Source: an uncultured delta proteobacterium
Lineage (GTDB): Bacteria; Desulfobacterota; Binatia; UBA9968
NCBI GenBank assembly: GCA_963760795.1
Contig: CAVXEP010000011.1
Span: 1-64,000 of the forward strand
Length of the DNA stretch: 64,000 nucleotides
Direction of reading: 5' to 3'
Part shown: positions 10,029-20,314 of the stretch, piece by piece
Position numbering within the stretch: position 1 is the stretch's first letter
How the letters are laid out: each line of letters opens with the position of its first letter
Notes under the pieces: model-generated
What the model was told of the DNA's origin: nothing
The model's input: the letters and a program-made list of their open reading frames with translations, nothing else
The model's database searches: none
Translations under genes and position numbers: made by a program

Positions 10029-11177
10029 ATGGCACTGAGCAAAGAAGAAAACGACATGTTGACGCAGGTCGGGCCGGGCAAGCCTGCCGGGGAGCTGTTG
10101 CGGCGGTATTGGCAGCCGATTGGGTTTGCCAACGAGCTGCAAGACAAGCCCAAGCGAAAAAGAATTCTTGGCGAAGATGTCGTCTTGTTCCGCGACGAAA
10201 ACGGCAAGTTCGGCGTGCTGGCGTTGCGCTGCATGCACCGCGGCACTTCGCTTGAATTCGGCCATATCGAGAGCGGCGGGCTGCGTTGCTGCTATCATGG
10301 CTGGCTTTACGATGTCGACGGCAAAGTTTTGGAAACGCCGGGGGAGGGGCCGGGGAGCACGTTCAAAGAGCGCGTGCGTCAGCCGTCTTACAAGGTTCAA
10401 GAACTCGGCGGTGTCTTGTTCGTCTACATGGGGCCGGAGCCGGCGCCGTTGTTGCCACGCTATGACGTTGTGGCGCGCCAGGATGGCCAGCGGGCGATGC
10501 GCGCGCGCATCGTCAACTGCAATTATTTTCAAATGATCGAAAACTCGGTCGATCAAAACCATTTGAAGTGGCTCCACCGCGGCTTCACAACGCCGACTTG
10601 GGAAGACGGCGAGATCAACCCGCAAATCTTCGACCATGGCGTGCTCAATACTTACACGCGGCGTGTCGCCGGCAAAAACTGGGCGCATGTAAACTTCTTC
10701 GTCATGCCGACGATTAACAAGACTGGTAACGTCGAGGAGGGTCATCCGACCGAGCACACCGCGAGCAGTTCCTGCGAAGTGATGCGCTGGCGCGTGCCGA
10801 TCGACGATACCAGCACAGTCCATTACACCGTCGAGTTCGCCAATATGGTCGACGGCAAGATCACTTCGAAGCTGATGAAAGACCGCTCGGCGGAAGGTGT
10901 GCAGGATACCGTATTTGGTAAATATCGCTGGGACGATGAGATCGGCTGGCTCGCCCGCGAAGATCAGGACCGCGCGGCGCAGGAGAGCCAAGGCGTGATC
11001 TTCGACCGTACCACGGAACATCTGGTCACCACCGACAAGGGTGTTATTCTGCTACGAAAGATCTATAAGGACGGCATCGAGGCGATCAAGCAGGGGCGCG
11101 ATCCTCTCGGGGTCGTGCGCGATCCGGTGAAGAATGAGTTGATCCGGTTGGAGCCGCGGGAAGAGATGTTGGACTGA
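10029..11177 (+). CDS. Rieske non-heme iron oxygenase alpha subunit (phthalate 4,5-dioxygenase/LigX-like) 1
   Basis: RCMHRG...CCYHGW Rieske motif; ENSVDQNHLKWLH and QDRAAQ mononuclear Fe ligands. Confidence 0.92.
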   Translation: MALSKEENDMLTQVGPGKPAGELLRRYWQPIGFANELQDKPKRKRILGEDVVLFRDENGKFGVLALRCMHRGTSLEFGHIESGGLRCCYHGWLYDVDGKVLETPGEGPGSTFKERVRQPSYKVQELGGVLFVYMGPEPAPLLPRYDVVARQDGQRAMRARIVNCNYFQMIENSVDQNHLKWLHRGFTTPTWEDGEINPQIFDHGVLNTYTRRVAGKNWAHVNFFVMPTINKTGNVEEGHPTEHTASSSCEVMRWRVPIDDTSTVHYTVEFANMVDGKITSKLMKDRSAEGVQDTVFGKYRWDDEIGWLAREDQDRAAQESQGVIFDRTTEHLVTTDKGVILLRKIYKDGIEAIKQGRDPLGVVRDPVKNELIRLEPREEMLD

Positions 11178-11184
11178 TTTAGGA

Positions 11185-11282
11185 GTTCAAATCGTTCAAA
11201 TGTTCAAGCCGTTCAAATCGTTTGGGGAGACCGGATTCGTTCAAGGTTCAAGGGTTCAAAAGTTCAAGGTTTTCGGATCGGA
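11185..11282. repeat. Two GTTCAA-repeat arms, the second ending in TTCGGA-TCGGA
   Basis: Eight GTTCAA copies in two blocks of four. Confidence 0.85.
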
Positions 11283-11289
11283 GAGTGCG

Positions 11290-12358
11290 ATGAAAGTTCT
11301 ATGCCAAGGTTGTCGCCTGGTCGCTGGTGGTGGTTTCGCTTCATTCGACAGTCGCCGCGGAGACTTTGGAGCAGTTGATTGCGGGGGCTAAGAAGGAGCC
11401 GGAGCTGACCTTTATTGCCGGGGCGCAGACTTTTGGCGGGCAGAAGACTTTGAATATCCTTGAGGCGGCGTTCAACAAACGCTTTGGTCTCAATATGAAG
11501 ATCCGTTTTGCCGCGGGGCCGGAGATGAATTCGATGGCGGCGCGGGTGATCACCGAATTGAAAAACGGCAGCAAGGCCTCCAGTGATATTTATCATGGCT
11601 CGCAGTCGCATGTGTCGCTGTTGCACAAAGAGAAGGTGTTGGAGCAGGTAAATTATTCCGGGATCTTTCCGTGGATCACCAAGCCGATGGAGATTTTTCC
11701 CAATGAGGGCGTGCTGATTTTTACTTCGCTGCGCGGCATGATTTACAACTCAAAATTGATCCCGAAGGATAAAGCGCCGAAAACCTACGAAGACCTGGTG
11801 GATCCGAAGCTGAGCCCGGCCTGGGCGGGTAAGATGGCGATCCCGCCCTATGTATCTTGGCTCGTCGAGCTGTCGATGATCTGGAGCGAAGACAAGGTCA
11901 AGAACTTCACCAAGAAGCTCGTCGCTCTCAGTGGCGGCCGGCTGCGCTATAGCGAAGAGGAACGTGTCGTTAGTGGCGAATTCCCCATCGCCGCGAACAT
12001 GGGCGGGGCAACGGAACAGATGTGGCAGTGGCAAGCCAAGGGCGCGCCGCTGGTGGCGGTGATGGGTTCGACGCCGGTGCTGCCGTCCTATTTTCAACTG
12101 GCGGTGCCGAAAAATTCCGTCCATCCGAATTTGGCCAAGCTCTTCGTCGGTTTTATGGCCTCGAAAGAAGCCCAAGCCATTCTCGAAAAAAATGATTTCC
12201 GCACGTCGCACCTGGTCGAGGGCACGATGATGTCGAACTATTTGAAGCAAAATAAGATCAAGTTGCAGGAAGCCAAGGATTCGATCAACTTCTATCTGCA
12301 AGGCGAGGATAGCGGTCTGGAGTTCAAAGAAGAACTGACGAAGATGCTGAAACAGTAG
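11290..12358 (+). CDS. ABC substrate-binding protein (Fe/thiamine-like family) 1; apparent extra A at ~11293
   Basis: ORF 11327-12358. Removing one A from ATGAAAGTTC gives the signal peptide MKFYAKVVAWSLVVVSLHSTVAA. Paralog of the 13706 and 18027 genes. Confidence 0.85.
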
Positions 12359-12368
12359 AAGAGAGGGT

Positions 12369-12433
12369 TGGAGTAGTTGAGTCGTGGAGTGATGGGTCTC
12401 GGATTCCCAACTCTCCAGTACTCCATTACTCCA
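12369..12433. repeat. Inverted TGGAGT/ACTCCA arms around CTCGGA-TTCCCAA
   Basis: TGGAGTAGTTGAGTCGTGGAGTGATGG ... TCCAGTACTCCATTACTCCA. Confidence 0.8.
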
Positions 12434-12463
12434 TTGAGTGCATCCATCAACGGAGAGCTGATT

Positions 12464-13591
12464 ATGTTGACTCAAGAAGAAAACGAACTCATGACCCGCG
12501 TCGGTCCCGGTAAGCCCGCCGGGGAGATGCTGCGGCGTTACTGGTGGCCGGTGGCGTTTACCGATCAAGTGCAAGCTAAAGCGGCGCCAACCAAGGTGAC
12601 GTTGCTGGGCGAAGACTTTGTGCTGTTTCGCGACGGCGGCGGCAAGTTGGGATTGGTGGCGTTGCACTGTTCCCATCGCGGCACGTCGTTGGAGTACGGC
12701 CGGGTCGAAGAGCACGGCATTCGCTGCTGCTATCATGGCTGGCTGTGGGATGCGCGCGGCAATTGCCTGGACCAACCGGCGGAGCCGGCCGACAGCACTT
12801 TCAAAGAGCGGGTCAAGCATCCGGCTTTTCATGCGCAGGATGCCGGCGGCTTGATCTTCGCCTATATCGGCCCAGAGCCGGCACCGCTCTTGCCGCCCTA
12901 TGATTTGCTATTGCGCGACGATGGCTGCCGAGTGGTCGGCGGCGGCGAGGAGTTTTGCAATTGGCTGCAACGGGCGGAGAATTCCGCCGACGGTACGCAC
13001 TCCATCGCGCTCCATGCCGCCGGCTATCCCAACATGGCGATGAAGCGGCCGACGATCAAATGGGAGCCGACGCCATTCGGCATCAAAGAGACCACTCTGG
13101 TTGACGGCGTGGCGAAGCCGCGCATATCGCATTTCATTTTTCCCTCCCATATCCGCCATTCCGCGGCGCGCATTGACGAGCTGCCGCGTCAGGTGATCCG
13201 CTTTCGCGTGCCCAAGGACGACTACACGACCAATACTTTCTATATCGACTTCTACCCGCACAAAGACGGCCAGCCGACGCGGCCCGAGCCGCTGCATGTC
13301 GAAGGCTTTTGCAAGAGCGAGCCGGGTGTGTACACGCGGGTGCAAGACGGTTGGTGGAATCTGCCAAATCACGAGCAGGATCGGGTGGCGCAGGAAACTC
13401 AAGGCGTGATCGCCGACCGCACCAAGGAGCATCTGGCGAGCTCCGACCAGGGGATTCTCATGCTGCGTAAGATGATCCGCGACTCGATTGACGCGGTAGC
13501 CCAGGGCAAAGATCCCTTCGGTGTGATGCGTAGCGCCGACGGTCAGATTACCTTCGACGCCAGTCGCGATGCGGTGGAGGCGTTGTCTTGA
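12464..13591 (+). CDS. Rieske oxygenase alpha subunit 2
   Basis: MLTQEENELMTRVGPG, HCSHRG...CCYHGW, ENSADGTHSIALH, QDRVAQ; GGAG RBS. Confidence 0.92.
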   Translation: MLTQEENELMTRVGPGKPAGEMLRRYWWPVAFTDQVQAKAAPTKVTLLGEDFVLFRDGGGKLGLVALHCSHRGTSLEYGRVEEHGIRCCYHGWLWDARGNCLDQPAEPADSTFKERVKHPAFHAQDAGGLIFAYIGPEPAPLLPPYDLLLRDDGCRVVGGGEEFCNWLQRAENSADGTHSIALHAAGYPNMAMKRPTIKWEPTPFGIKETTLVDGVAKPRISHFIFPSHIRHSAARIDELPRQVIRFRVPKDDYTTNTFYIDFYPHKDGQPTRPEPLHVEGFCKSEPGVYTRVQDGWWNLPNHEQDRVAQETQGVIADRTKEHLASSDQGILMLRKMIRDSIDAVAQGKDPFGVMRSADGQITFDASRDAVEALS

Positions 13592-13599
13592 AATTGCGG

Positions 13600-13675
13600 T
13601 CGAGGATCGATGAGGGAGGATCGAGGATGGCTATCCGATTCTTTCGCGATTTTCCATCCTCTATCCTCGACCTCG
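13600..13675. repeat. Inverted GAGGAT/ATCCTC heptamer arms with internal TCCGA
   Basis: CGAGGATCGATGAGGGAGGATCGAGGATGG ... CCATCCTCTATCCTCGACCTCG; same family at 23651-23755. Confidence 0.8.
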
Positions 13676-13705
13676 CATCGTTATAACTTAAAAGGAGTAA
13701 TCGCA

Positions 13706-14749
13706 GTGCTGAAACTCATACTTGCTGTATTGGTACTTTTGCCACAGCTCGCGCAGGCGCAGAAACTCGAACAGATCGTCGCCGAGGCGAAAAAAGAAGG
13801 CGAACTCACCCTGGTGGCGAGCGCGTCGACGTTCGGCGGCAAAAAGGGTTTTGCCGAGCTCGAAGCGCTGTTCGCCAAACGTTTTGGCTTTAAGGCAAAG
13901 TTGAACTTGAGTGGCGGGCCGAGCTTTCCGCAGATGGCCGCGCGGATCATCACCGAGCAAAAGGCCGGTACCAAGGCGTCCACGGATATTTATCTCGGCT
14001 CGGACGGCACCTACGTCACCATGCACCAGGAGAAGGCGCTGGAACGGGTCAATTGGTCCGGGACTTTTCCATGGGTGACCAAAGCGATGGAGATTTTTCC
14101 CCAAGAGTCGGTGCTGGTTTACTCCTCGTTTCACGGCATCATCTACAACTCCAACGCCATTCCCAAAGACAAAGCGCCGAAGAGTTATGACGATCTGATC
14201 GATCCGGCGCTATCGCCAACCTGGGCCGGTAAGATGGCGGTGCCGGCGTATATTCATTGGTTGATCCGGGTATCGCCGATGTGGGGCAAAGAAAAAGTTC
14301 TCAACTTCGCGCGTAAACTCGCGCCGCTCATCGGCGGCCGCCTGCGCCAGGGCGAAGAAGAGCGCATTGTCAGCGGCGAATTCCCGATCATGGCGAGCAC
14401 CGGCGGCCCCCTCGAGGCGATGTGGAAGTGGCAACCCAAAGGCGCGCCGCTGGTCGGCTTGCCGGGATCGTCACCGGCGAGCTGTTCCTATTATCAGCTA
14501 GGTGTGCCGAAGAATTCAGTTCATCCGAATATGGCTAAACTGTTCGCCGCGTTCATGAGCACCCGCGAAGCACAGAGCGTGTTGGAGAAACAGGATTACC
14601 GCAGTTCACATTTGGTCGACGGCACTTTGATGACGAAATACGTCAAGGACAACAAAATCAAGATGCAAGATCCCAAGGAATTGAACGAAGTATTTCAAAA
14701 GGAAGATGCCGGTCTCGAAGAAGAGCTGACGAGAATATTGTTGAAGTGA
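13706..14749 (+). CDS. ABC substrate-binding protein 2
   Basis: AAGGAG then GTG 13706; signal peptide; shares TFGG, WAGKMA and SGEFPI with its paralogs. Confidence 0.88.
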   Translation: MLKLILAVLVLLPQLAQAQKLEQIVAEAKKEGELTLVASASTFGGKKGFAELEALFAKRFGFKAKLNLSGGPSFPQMAARIITEQKAGTKASTDIYLGSDGTYVTMHQEKALERVNWSGTFPWVTKAMEIFPQESVLVYSSFHGIIYNSNAIPKDKAPKSYDDLIDPALSPTWAGKMAVPAYIHWLIRVSPMWGKEKVLNFARKLAPLIGGRLRQGEEERIVSGEFPIMASTGGPLEAMWKWQPKGAPLVGLPGSSPASCSYYQLGVPKNSVHPNMAKLFAAFMSTREAQSVLEKQDYRSSHLVDGTLMTKYVKDNKIKMQDPKELNEVFQKEDAGLEEELTRILLK

Positions 14750-14761
14750 TTCGAAATTAAA

Positions 14762-14924
14762 CTGGATTCCGTTTTCGCGGGAAAAACGGAAAAGAGCAAG
14801 GCGACTGCGAGTCGACGCAACAAAATCCCTTGGCTTGTCGCTGAGGTCGTTAATCCGTCATACCGGCGCACACCGGTATCCATCCGGTCTCGAAATCTAG
14901 CTTCCGGTCTTCATCGGAATGACG
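14762..14924. repeat. GTCA/TGAC-type REP-like palindromes
   Basis: CTGGATTCCGTTTTCGCGGGAAAAACG; CGTCATACCGGCGCACACCGGTATCCA; degenerate ...TCGGAATGACG. Confidence 0.7.
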
Positions 14925-14969
14925 GAATAATTTCCTGAGCCGAAGAACCAGCGAAAGATTAGAGTCTCC

Positions 14970-16712
14970 ATGTCCACTCAAGTCATCATGCCCGAGCCGC
15001 GCGGCTCGAATATCAATTGGTCGCAGTTGTCGCTGGTGGCGGTCGCCGGCGTCGCGGCGATTTCCATTCTGGTCCTGCTCGGCATGATCATCTGGATGAG
15101 TCTGCGCACCGGCGTGCCGGGGCAGCCATCGGACTATTCGCTTAAGAACTATGTGACGATCCTCGCCGACCCGTACACCTACAAGGTGATGTGGACGACT
15201 TTGTATTTTTCCGCCGTGACGATTGCCGTGGCGGTGCCGTTGGGATTTATCTTCGCCTGGCTGGTCGAGCGCACCGACATGCCGTACAAAGCGCTGGCGA
15301 TGAGTCTGCTCAGTATCGGCATTCTGTTTCCGACCTTTCTCAAAGCCATGGGCTGGGTATTTTTGCTTCACCCGCGCATCGGCGTGATCAATATATTTCT
15401 CATGCAGCTGTTCGGTCTCAGCACCGCACCGCTCAACATCGCGACCTTGACCGGCATCGGCTGGGTGCAAGGACTGACCCTGACGCCGCTGGCTTACGTG
15501 ATGATTTCCGCCGCGCTCAAGAGCATGAACCCGTCGTTGGTCGAGGCGGCGAGCGTCCATGGTGTCAGCCAATGGCGCACACTGGTGCGCATCGAGCTGC
15601 CGCTGATCTGGCCGGCGCTGTTCTCGGCGGTGATCTGGATGTTCACCGTGGCGATCGCCGCCTTCGACGTGCCGGGCGTGATCGGCATGGCCAATAATAT
15701 TTTTACCTTCAGCACGGCGATCTACTTCATGATCAATCCCAACGAAGGCTTGCCGCGCTACGGGTTGAGCGGCGCCTACGGCACGATCATGGTCGGGTTG
15801 TCGCTGATCATGATGATCCCGTATTTCATCGCCCTCAAGCAGAGCCACAAGTATCAAATCATTTCCGGCAAGGCCTATCAGCCGCGGCCGGTGGAGTTGG
15901 GCCGCTGGCGCTGGTCGGCGTGGGCACTCTTGGGACTTTATTTCACTTTGGCGTTTGTCCTGCCGCTGTTGGCGATCTTCTGGGTGTCGCTCTTGCCCTA
16001 CGTGCAAGCGCCGTCTTGGCAAGCGCTGTCGTCGCTCACTTTCGAGCGCTACAGCGCGGCGGCCTTCGACAGGGCGATCTTGGATGCGGCATTGAACACT
16101 ATTCTCTTGATGGTCGCGGTGCCGACTTTGATCGTGCTGATCTGCGCGGCGGTTTCGTGGATCGTCACGCGCTCGAAATTTCGCTGGCGGGTGGCCTTGG
16201 ACGCCGTCGCGTTTCTACCGCATCCGGTGCCCAACCTGCTCTTTGCTCTGGCGATCGCCTACTTGGCATTGCTGGTGTCCAACGTCGTGCCGCTGTACGG
16301 AACTATCTTTGTCATCATGGTGGTCTATATCGTCTGCTGGATCAGTTTCGGCACCCGGGTGTTGAACAACAGCATGATCCAAGTGCATCGCGAGTTGGAA
16401 GAAGCGGCACAAGTCGGCGGCGTGTCGTCGTTCAAGATTCTCGCCAGAATCATCGTGCCGCTGATCAAGCCGGGGCTGGTTTACACCTGGATCTGGACCT
16501 CGCTGTCGGCGTACCGCGAGCTGACCATGGCGGTATTTCTGTCATCGCCCAAGAGCCAGGTGCTGTCGACCTACATCTGGGGACAGTGGCATGGCGGTGG
16601 GCTGGGTGATGCGGCGGCGATCGCGATCATGATGATCGTGGTGATGTCGCCGGTGGTGACGAGCTTTTGGATCTACGCGCGCAAGCAGCAGCAGGTGGCG
16701 GGATCGGCGTGA
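14970..16712 (+). CDS. Fused two-domain ABC permease (FbpB/ThiP-like)
   Basis: 580 aa, hydrophobic, two EAA loops (LVEAASVHG, LEEAAQVGG). Confidence 0.92.
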   Translation: MSTQVIMPEPRGSNINWSQLSLVAVAGVAAISILVLLGMIIWMSLRTGVPGQPSDYSLKNYVTILADPYTYKVMWTTLYFSAVTIAVAVPLGFIFAWLVERTDMPYKALAMSLLSIGILFPTFLKAMGWVFLLHPRIGVINIFLMQLFGLSTAPLNIATLTGIGWVQGLTLTPLAYVMISAALKSMNPSLVEAASVHGVSQWRTLVRIELPLIWPALFSAVIWMFTVAIAAFDVPGVIGMANNIFTFSTAIYFMINPNEGLPRYGLSGAYGTIMVGLSLIMMIPYFIALKQSHKYQIISGKAYQPRPVELGRWRWSAWALLGLYFTLAFVLPLLAIFWVSLLPYVQAPSWQALSSLTFERYSAAAFDRAILDAALNTILLMVAVPTLIVLICAAVSWIVTRSKFRWRVALDAVAFLPHPVPNLLFALAIAYLALLVSNVVPLYGTIFVIMVVYIVCWISFGTRVLNNSMIQVHRELEEAAQVGGVSSFKILARIIVPLIKPGLVYTWIWTSLSAYRELTMAVFLSSPKSQVLSTYIWGQWHGGGLGDAAAIAIMMIVVMSPVVTSFWIYARKQQQVAGSA

Positions 16713-16858
16713 TTCGGAAGGATATTAGCCGCAAAGAACGCAAAGAACACAAAGGAAGAAATCGAAATATTTCCCGCTAAGACGCAAAGGCGTCAAAGGA
16801 GATGACGCACGTCAAACTCCGAGACTTTGCGCCTTTGCGGGAGGTCATCCGAATCCGA
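16713..16858. repeat. Composite CGCAAAG-family arms bounded by TTCGGA and TCCGAA-TCCGA
   Basis: TTCGGA, AGCCGCAAAGAACGCAAAGAACACAAAG, CCCGCTAAGACGCAAAG, TCCGA, CTTTGCGCCTTTGCGGG, TCCGAATCCGA. Confidence 0.8.
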
Positions 16859-16905
16859 GCACAGGGTGATGAACATGACAGCTGGACAGCGAAATTGTCG
16901 CCGAA

Positions 16906-18024
16906 ATGGATTTCGTCCACACCGGGCCGAGCACTGTGGCGGGAAAATATTTGCGGCGCTTTTGGCAGCCGGTGTTCGTGTCGGCGCAATTGCAAACCGG
17001 CTGTGCCGTGCCGATTCGCATCATGGGCGAGGATTTTACGCTTTATCGCGGCGCCAGCGGGGCGGCGTATGTGGTGGATTTTCGCTGCGCCCATCGCGGC
17101 ACGCAACTGTCGGTGGGCTGGGTCGAGCAGGAATGTATTCGCTGCTTTTACCATGGCTGGAAATATGACGGCACCGGACAATGTGTCGAGCAGCCGGCGG
17201 AGGACGAGAGCTTCGCCAAGAAGGTAACTATACGCAGTTGTCCGACCCATGAATTTCTCGGGCTGATCTTTGCCTACTTCGGCGAAGGCGCCGCGCCGCC
17301 GTTTCCTGACTATCCCGAGTTGAAAGCAGAAGGCGAGATCGATGTCGGCAGTTACATTCGCCACTGCAATTATTTCGGCACGCTGGAGAATGGCATCGAT
17401 CAAGTGCATGTGCCGTTCACCCACGCTAAATCGGGCTTCACCAAGTTCGGCCTCAACTGGGATATCCCGACCATCACCGCAGAGGAAACCGACTATGGCA
17501 TCGCCATGTACGGGACGCGTAAGGACGGCAAGGCGCGCATCAATCACTACCTCATGCCCAACATCCTCTACATCAAAGGCTCGCCGGAGAGCGCGCGGGA
17601 AGGTTGGCGCGAAGCGTTTGCCTGGCGCGTCCCGGTGGACGATACCAGCCACCGCAGTTTCAACATCGCTCTGATTCACGTCACGGGAGAGGCGGCGGAG
17701 CGATTCCGTGAGCGCCAACGGCGCCAAGAGGAAGTCGTCGCGAATCTGCCGTCAGCGAACGAGATGGCAGCGCGGGTATTGGCGGGAAGGATCAGCGTGC
17801 ACGATATCGAGGAGCGGCCCGATATTGTCAACATCCAGGATCATGTCGCCCAGGAAGGGCAGGGCGCGATTGCCGATCGCGTCAATGAACGGCTGGGACG
17901 GTCGGATGTGGCGGTGATTCTCCTGCGGCAAGTCTGGCAACGCGAGCTGGCGGCGTTGGCCGCGGGTGAGCCGATGAAACAGTGGCGCCGGCCGGAGAAA
18001 CTCGTTGCTACCAGCGGGGTTTAA
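16906..18024 (+). CDS. Rieske oxygenase alpha subunit 3
   Basis: RCAHRG...CFYHGW, ENGIDQVHVPFTH, QDHVAQ. Confidence 0.92.
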   Translation: MDFVHTGPSTVAGKYLRRFWQPVFVSAQLQTGCAVPIRIMGEDFTLYRGASGAAYVVDFRCAHRGTQLSVGWVEQECIRCFYHGWKYDGTGQCVEQPAEDESFAKKVTIRSCPTHEFLGLIFAYFGEGAAPPFPDYPELKAEGEIDVGSYIRHCNYFGTLENGIDQVHVPFTHAKSGFTKFGLNWDIPTITAEETDYGIAMYGTRKDGKARINHYLMPNILYIKGSPESAREGWREAFAWRVPVDDTSHRSFNIALIHVTGEAAERFRERQRRQEEVVANLPSANEMAARVLAGRISVHDIEERPDIVNIQDHVAQEGQGAIADRVNERLGRSDVAVILLRQVWQRELAALAAGEPMKQWRRPEKLVATSGV

Positions 18025-18026
18025 GA

Positions 18027-19097
18027 ATGCGAACAAGAATTCGATCAATTTGGCTCGCTGCGCTGTTAACGGTTGGCCCAAGGTTCGATACCGCGAGCGC
18101 ACAGAACGTGGATCAATTGATCGCCGCGGCCAAGAGCGAGAAGGAGTTGTCGTTCATCGCCGGACCGACGACCTTTGGCGGCAAGAAGGGGCTTGCCGAG
18201 ATCGAGGCCGCATTCGCCAAGCGCTTCGGTTTCGACGCCAAGATTCGCTTCGCCGCCGGGCCGGAGATGAACGCCATGGCGGCGCGGGTGATCAGCGAGT
18301 TCAAAGCCGGCGGCAAGGCGACCACTGATATCTATCTCGGCTCCCTCGGCCAGTTCGCCAATCTGGCGCGGGAAAACGCCTTGGAAGAGTTCAATTGGTC
18401 GGGAACGTTTCCCTGGATCGCCCACCCCATGGAAGAGACGGTTTCCCGGCGCGGCGTTTTGGTTTATTCATCGCCGCGCGGCATCATCTACAATTCCAAT
18501 CTGATTCCAGCGGACAAGGCGCCGAAGAGTTATGAAGATTTGATCGATCCGAAGCTGAGCCCGACTTGGGCCGGCAAGATCGCCGTGCCGCCCTATCCCA
18601 ATTGGTTGGTCGAGCTGTCGCTCATCTGGGGCGAGGAGAAGCTCAAGGATTTCACTCGTAAGCTGGTGGCGATCAACGGCGGCTGGCTGCGTTACGGCGA
18701 GGAGGAGCGGGTGTTGAGCGGCGAGTTCCCAATCATGGCGAACATCGGCGACTCGCTGGCGACTCAGTGGAAGTGGCAGGCCAAAGGCGCACCGCTGGTC
18801 GCCGTGCTCGGTTCCACTCCCGGCGATACTTCTTATTTCCATCTCGGCGTGCCGAAAAATTCCGGCCATCCCAATCTCGCCAAACTGTTCGCCGCCTTCA
18901 TGATTTCCAAGGAGGGCCAGGCGATTATCGAGAAGCATGAGTTCCGCTCGTCCCATCTGGTCGAGAGCTCGCGCATGGCCAGGCATCTGCGCGATCACAA
19001 GATCAAGTTGCAAGAGCCCAAAGACCTGTTCAACTTCTATCTCAAAGGCGGCGGCGCCAAGTTAAACGAAGAGCTGGTCAAGATGTTGAAGCAGTAG
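18027..19097 (+). CDS. ABC substrate-binding protein 3
   Basis: ATG 2 nt after the Rieske stop; signal peptide; close paralog of SBP 1. Confidence 0.88.
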   Translation: MRTRIRSIWLAALLTVGPRFDTASAQNVDQLIAAAKSEKELSFIAGPTTFGGKKGLAEIEAAFAKRFGFDAKIRFAAGPEMNAMAARVISEFKAGGKATTDIYLGSLGQFANLARENALEEFNWSGTFPWIAHPMEETVSRRGVLVYSSPRGIIYNSNLIPADKAPKSYEDLIDPKLSPTWAGKIAVPPYPNWLVELSLIWGEEKLKDFTRKLVAINGGWLRYGEEERVLSGEFPIMANIGDSLATQWKWQAKGAPLVAVLGSTPGDTSYFHLGVPKNSGHPNLAKLFAAFMISKEGQAIIEKHEFRSSHLVESSRMARHLRDHKIKLQEPKDLFNFYLKGGGAKLNEELVKMLKQ

Positions 19098-19121
19098 CAC
19101 AAGGCCAGGAATAGGAATATT

Positions 19122-19189
19122 GGCCGCAAAGAACGCAAAGGTCGCAAAATAAATCCTGTAGCGGCGCAGCATGCTGCGCCCGCTTCCGG
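19122..19189 (+). repeat. GCCGCAAAG arm followed by GTAG-type REP
   Basis: GGCCGCAAAGAACGCAAAG...TAAATCC-TGTAGCGGCGCAGCATGCTGCGCCC. Confidence 0.75.
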
Positions 19190-19255
19190 CGCAATTGAAC
19201 CTCAATATTTGTTTTGCTCTTCATTGATCTCCGCAAATTCCTCCGCTAAGCGAGT

Positions 19256-19981
19256 GTGATGTCTTTTGCTGCGCGATTTCGCCAGGGGATGAAAGCGGCG
19301 ATTCCGATCTGGATCGCTTTCGTGCCTTCCTCTCTCGCCTGGGGGATCGCGGCGCAGGCCCATGGGCTGACGCTTGAAGAGATCGTCCTGATGTCCGCGT
19401 GGGTTTATTCCGGGCCGGCGCAGTTTGCCGTGCTCGTGCCGCTCGCCGAAGGCAAGTCGGCGGCGACGGTGTTGATCGCCGGCTTGCTGATGAATTTGCG
19501 CTTCCTGCCCATGAGCATGGCGCTGGCGCCGTTTTTCCGCGGCGTGAAGCGTTTGCCGCTGATGATCGCTTCCCATGTCGTCAGCGCCAGCAGTTTCATC
19601 GTGCCTTATCTACAATTTCAAAAAGAGCGGGAAGCCAGCGATGGTAAATCAGTCGCCGACGGTTATGGCAACCTCGGTTTCTTCGCCGGCATCGGCGCGA
19701 CGGCTTTCACGGTCTGGGTAGTCGGCACCGCTGCCGGTTATGGTGTCGGGTTGAGTTTTCCGCCGGGTTTCGAAGAAGCGTTGAAATTTATCCTGCCCGG
19801 CTATTTCGCCGGGCTGCTGGTGGCGGAGATGAAAGGCAAAACCATGCCGCTGATCTGTCTGGCGAGCATCGTCACGGCGATCCCCGGCGCGCTGTTCAAT
19901 CTTGGCTGGGGCTGGCTCGCGACATCGGCGCTGATCGCTGTCTTAGGTTGGAGTGTGGAAAAATGGCTTTCACGCGCTTAG
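19256..19981 (+). CDS. azlC: AzlC-family branched-chain amino acid exporter
   Basis: MSAWVYSGPAQF, NLRFLPMS, WVVGTAAG; multi-pass membrane protein. Confidence 0.8.
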   Translation: MMSFAARFRQGMKAAIPIWIAFVPSSLAWGIAAQAHGLTLEEIVLMSAWVYSGPAQFAVLVPLAEGKSAATVLIAGLLMNLRFLPMSMALAPFFRGVKRLPLMIASHVVSASSFIVPYLQFQKEREASDGKSVADGYGNLGFFAGIGATAFTVWVVGTAAGYGVGLSFPPGFEEALKFILPGYFAGLLVAEMKGKTMPLICLASIVTAIPGALFNLGWGWLATSALIAVLGWSVEKWLSRA

Positions 19982-20284
19982 AGCTGATTTTCATTCTCGG
20001 GCTCTCGGCGTTGGTCTTGCGCGCCTTGCCGCAGATGTTTCTGGTCGGCAAAAGCTTTCCCGACATGTGGGACCGCTTGCTGCGCTACCTGTCCTACGCG
20101 CTGCTGTGTGGATTGATCTCGATTACACTATTTATGTCCGGTGCGCGCTTCGACATGCAAGCTGCGCCGTACCGCGCTGTGGCCTTGGCGGTGACCATCG
20201 CCATCGCTTACAAGACTAAGAGCGCCGTCACCGGCATGTTGGTCGGGACGGTGCTGGTGTCTGCTGTTTTCGTGGCTCCGCTGA
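19963..20284 (+). CDS. azlD: AzlD-family small membrane partner; apparent extra T at ~20260
   Basis: LRALPQ, LRYLSYALL. Removing one base gives ...VLVLLFSWLR* ending at TGA 20284. Confidence 0.7.
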
Positions 20285-20314
20285 CTTTTCAGGTTCAAAG
20301 CGAGGATATTTGTT

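Noticed and set aside
11185-11267. CRISPR or coding repeat from the GTTCAA runs
   Set aside because: Period is 7-9 bp with no spacers; ORF 11200-11391 is just translated repeat plus a frameshifted SBP start.
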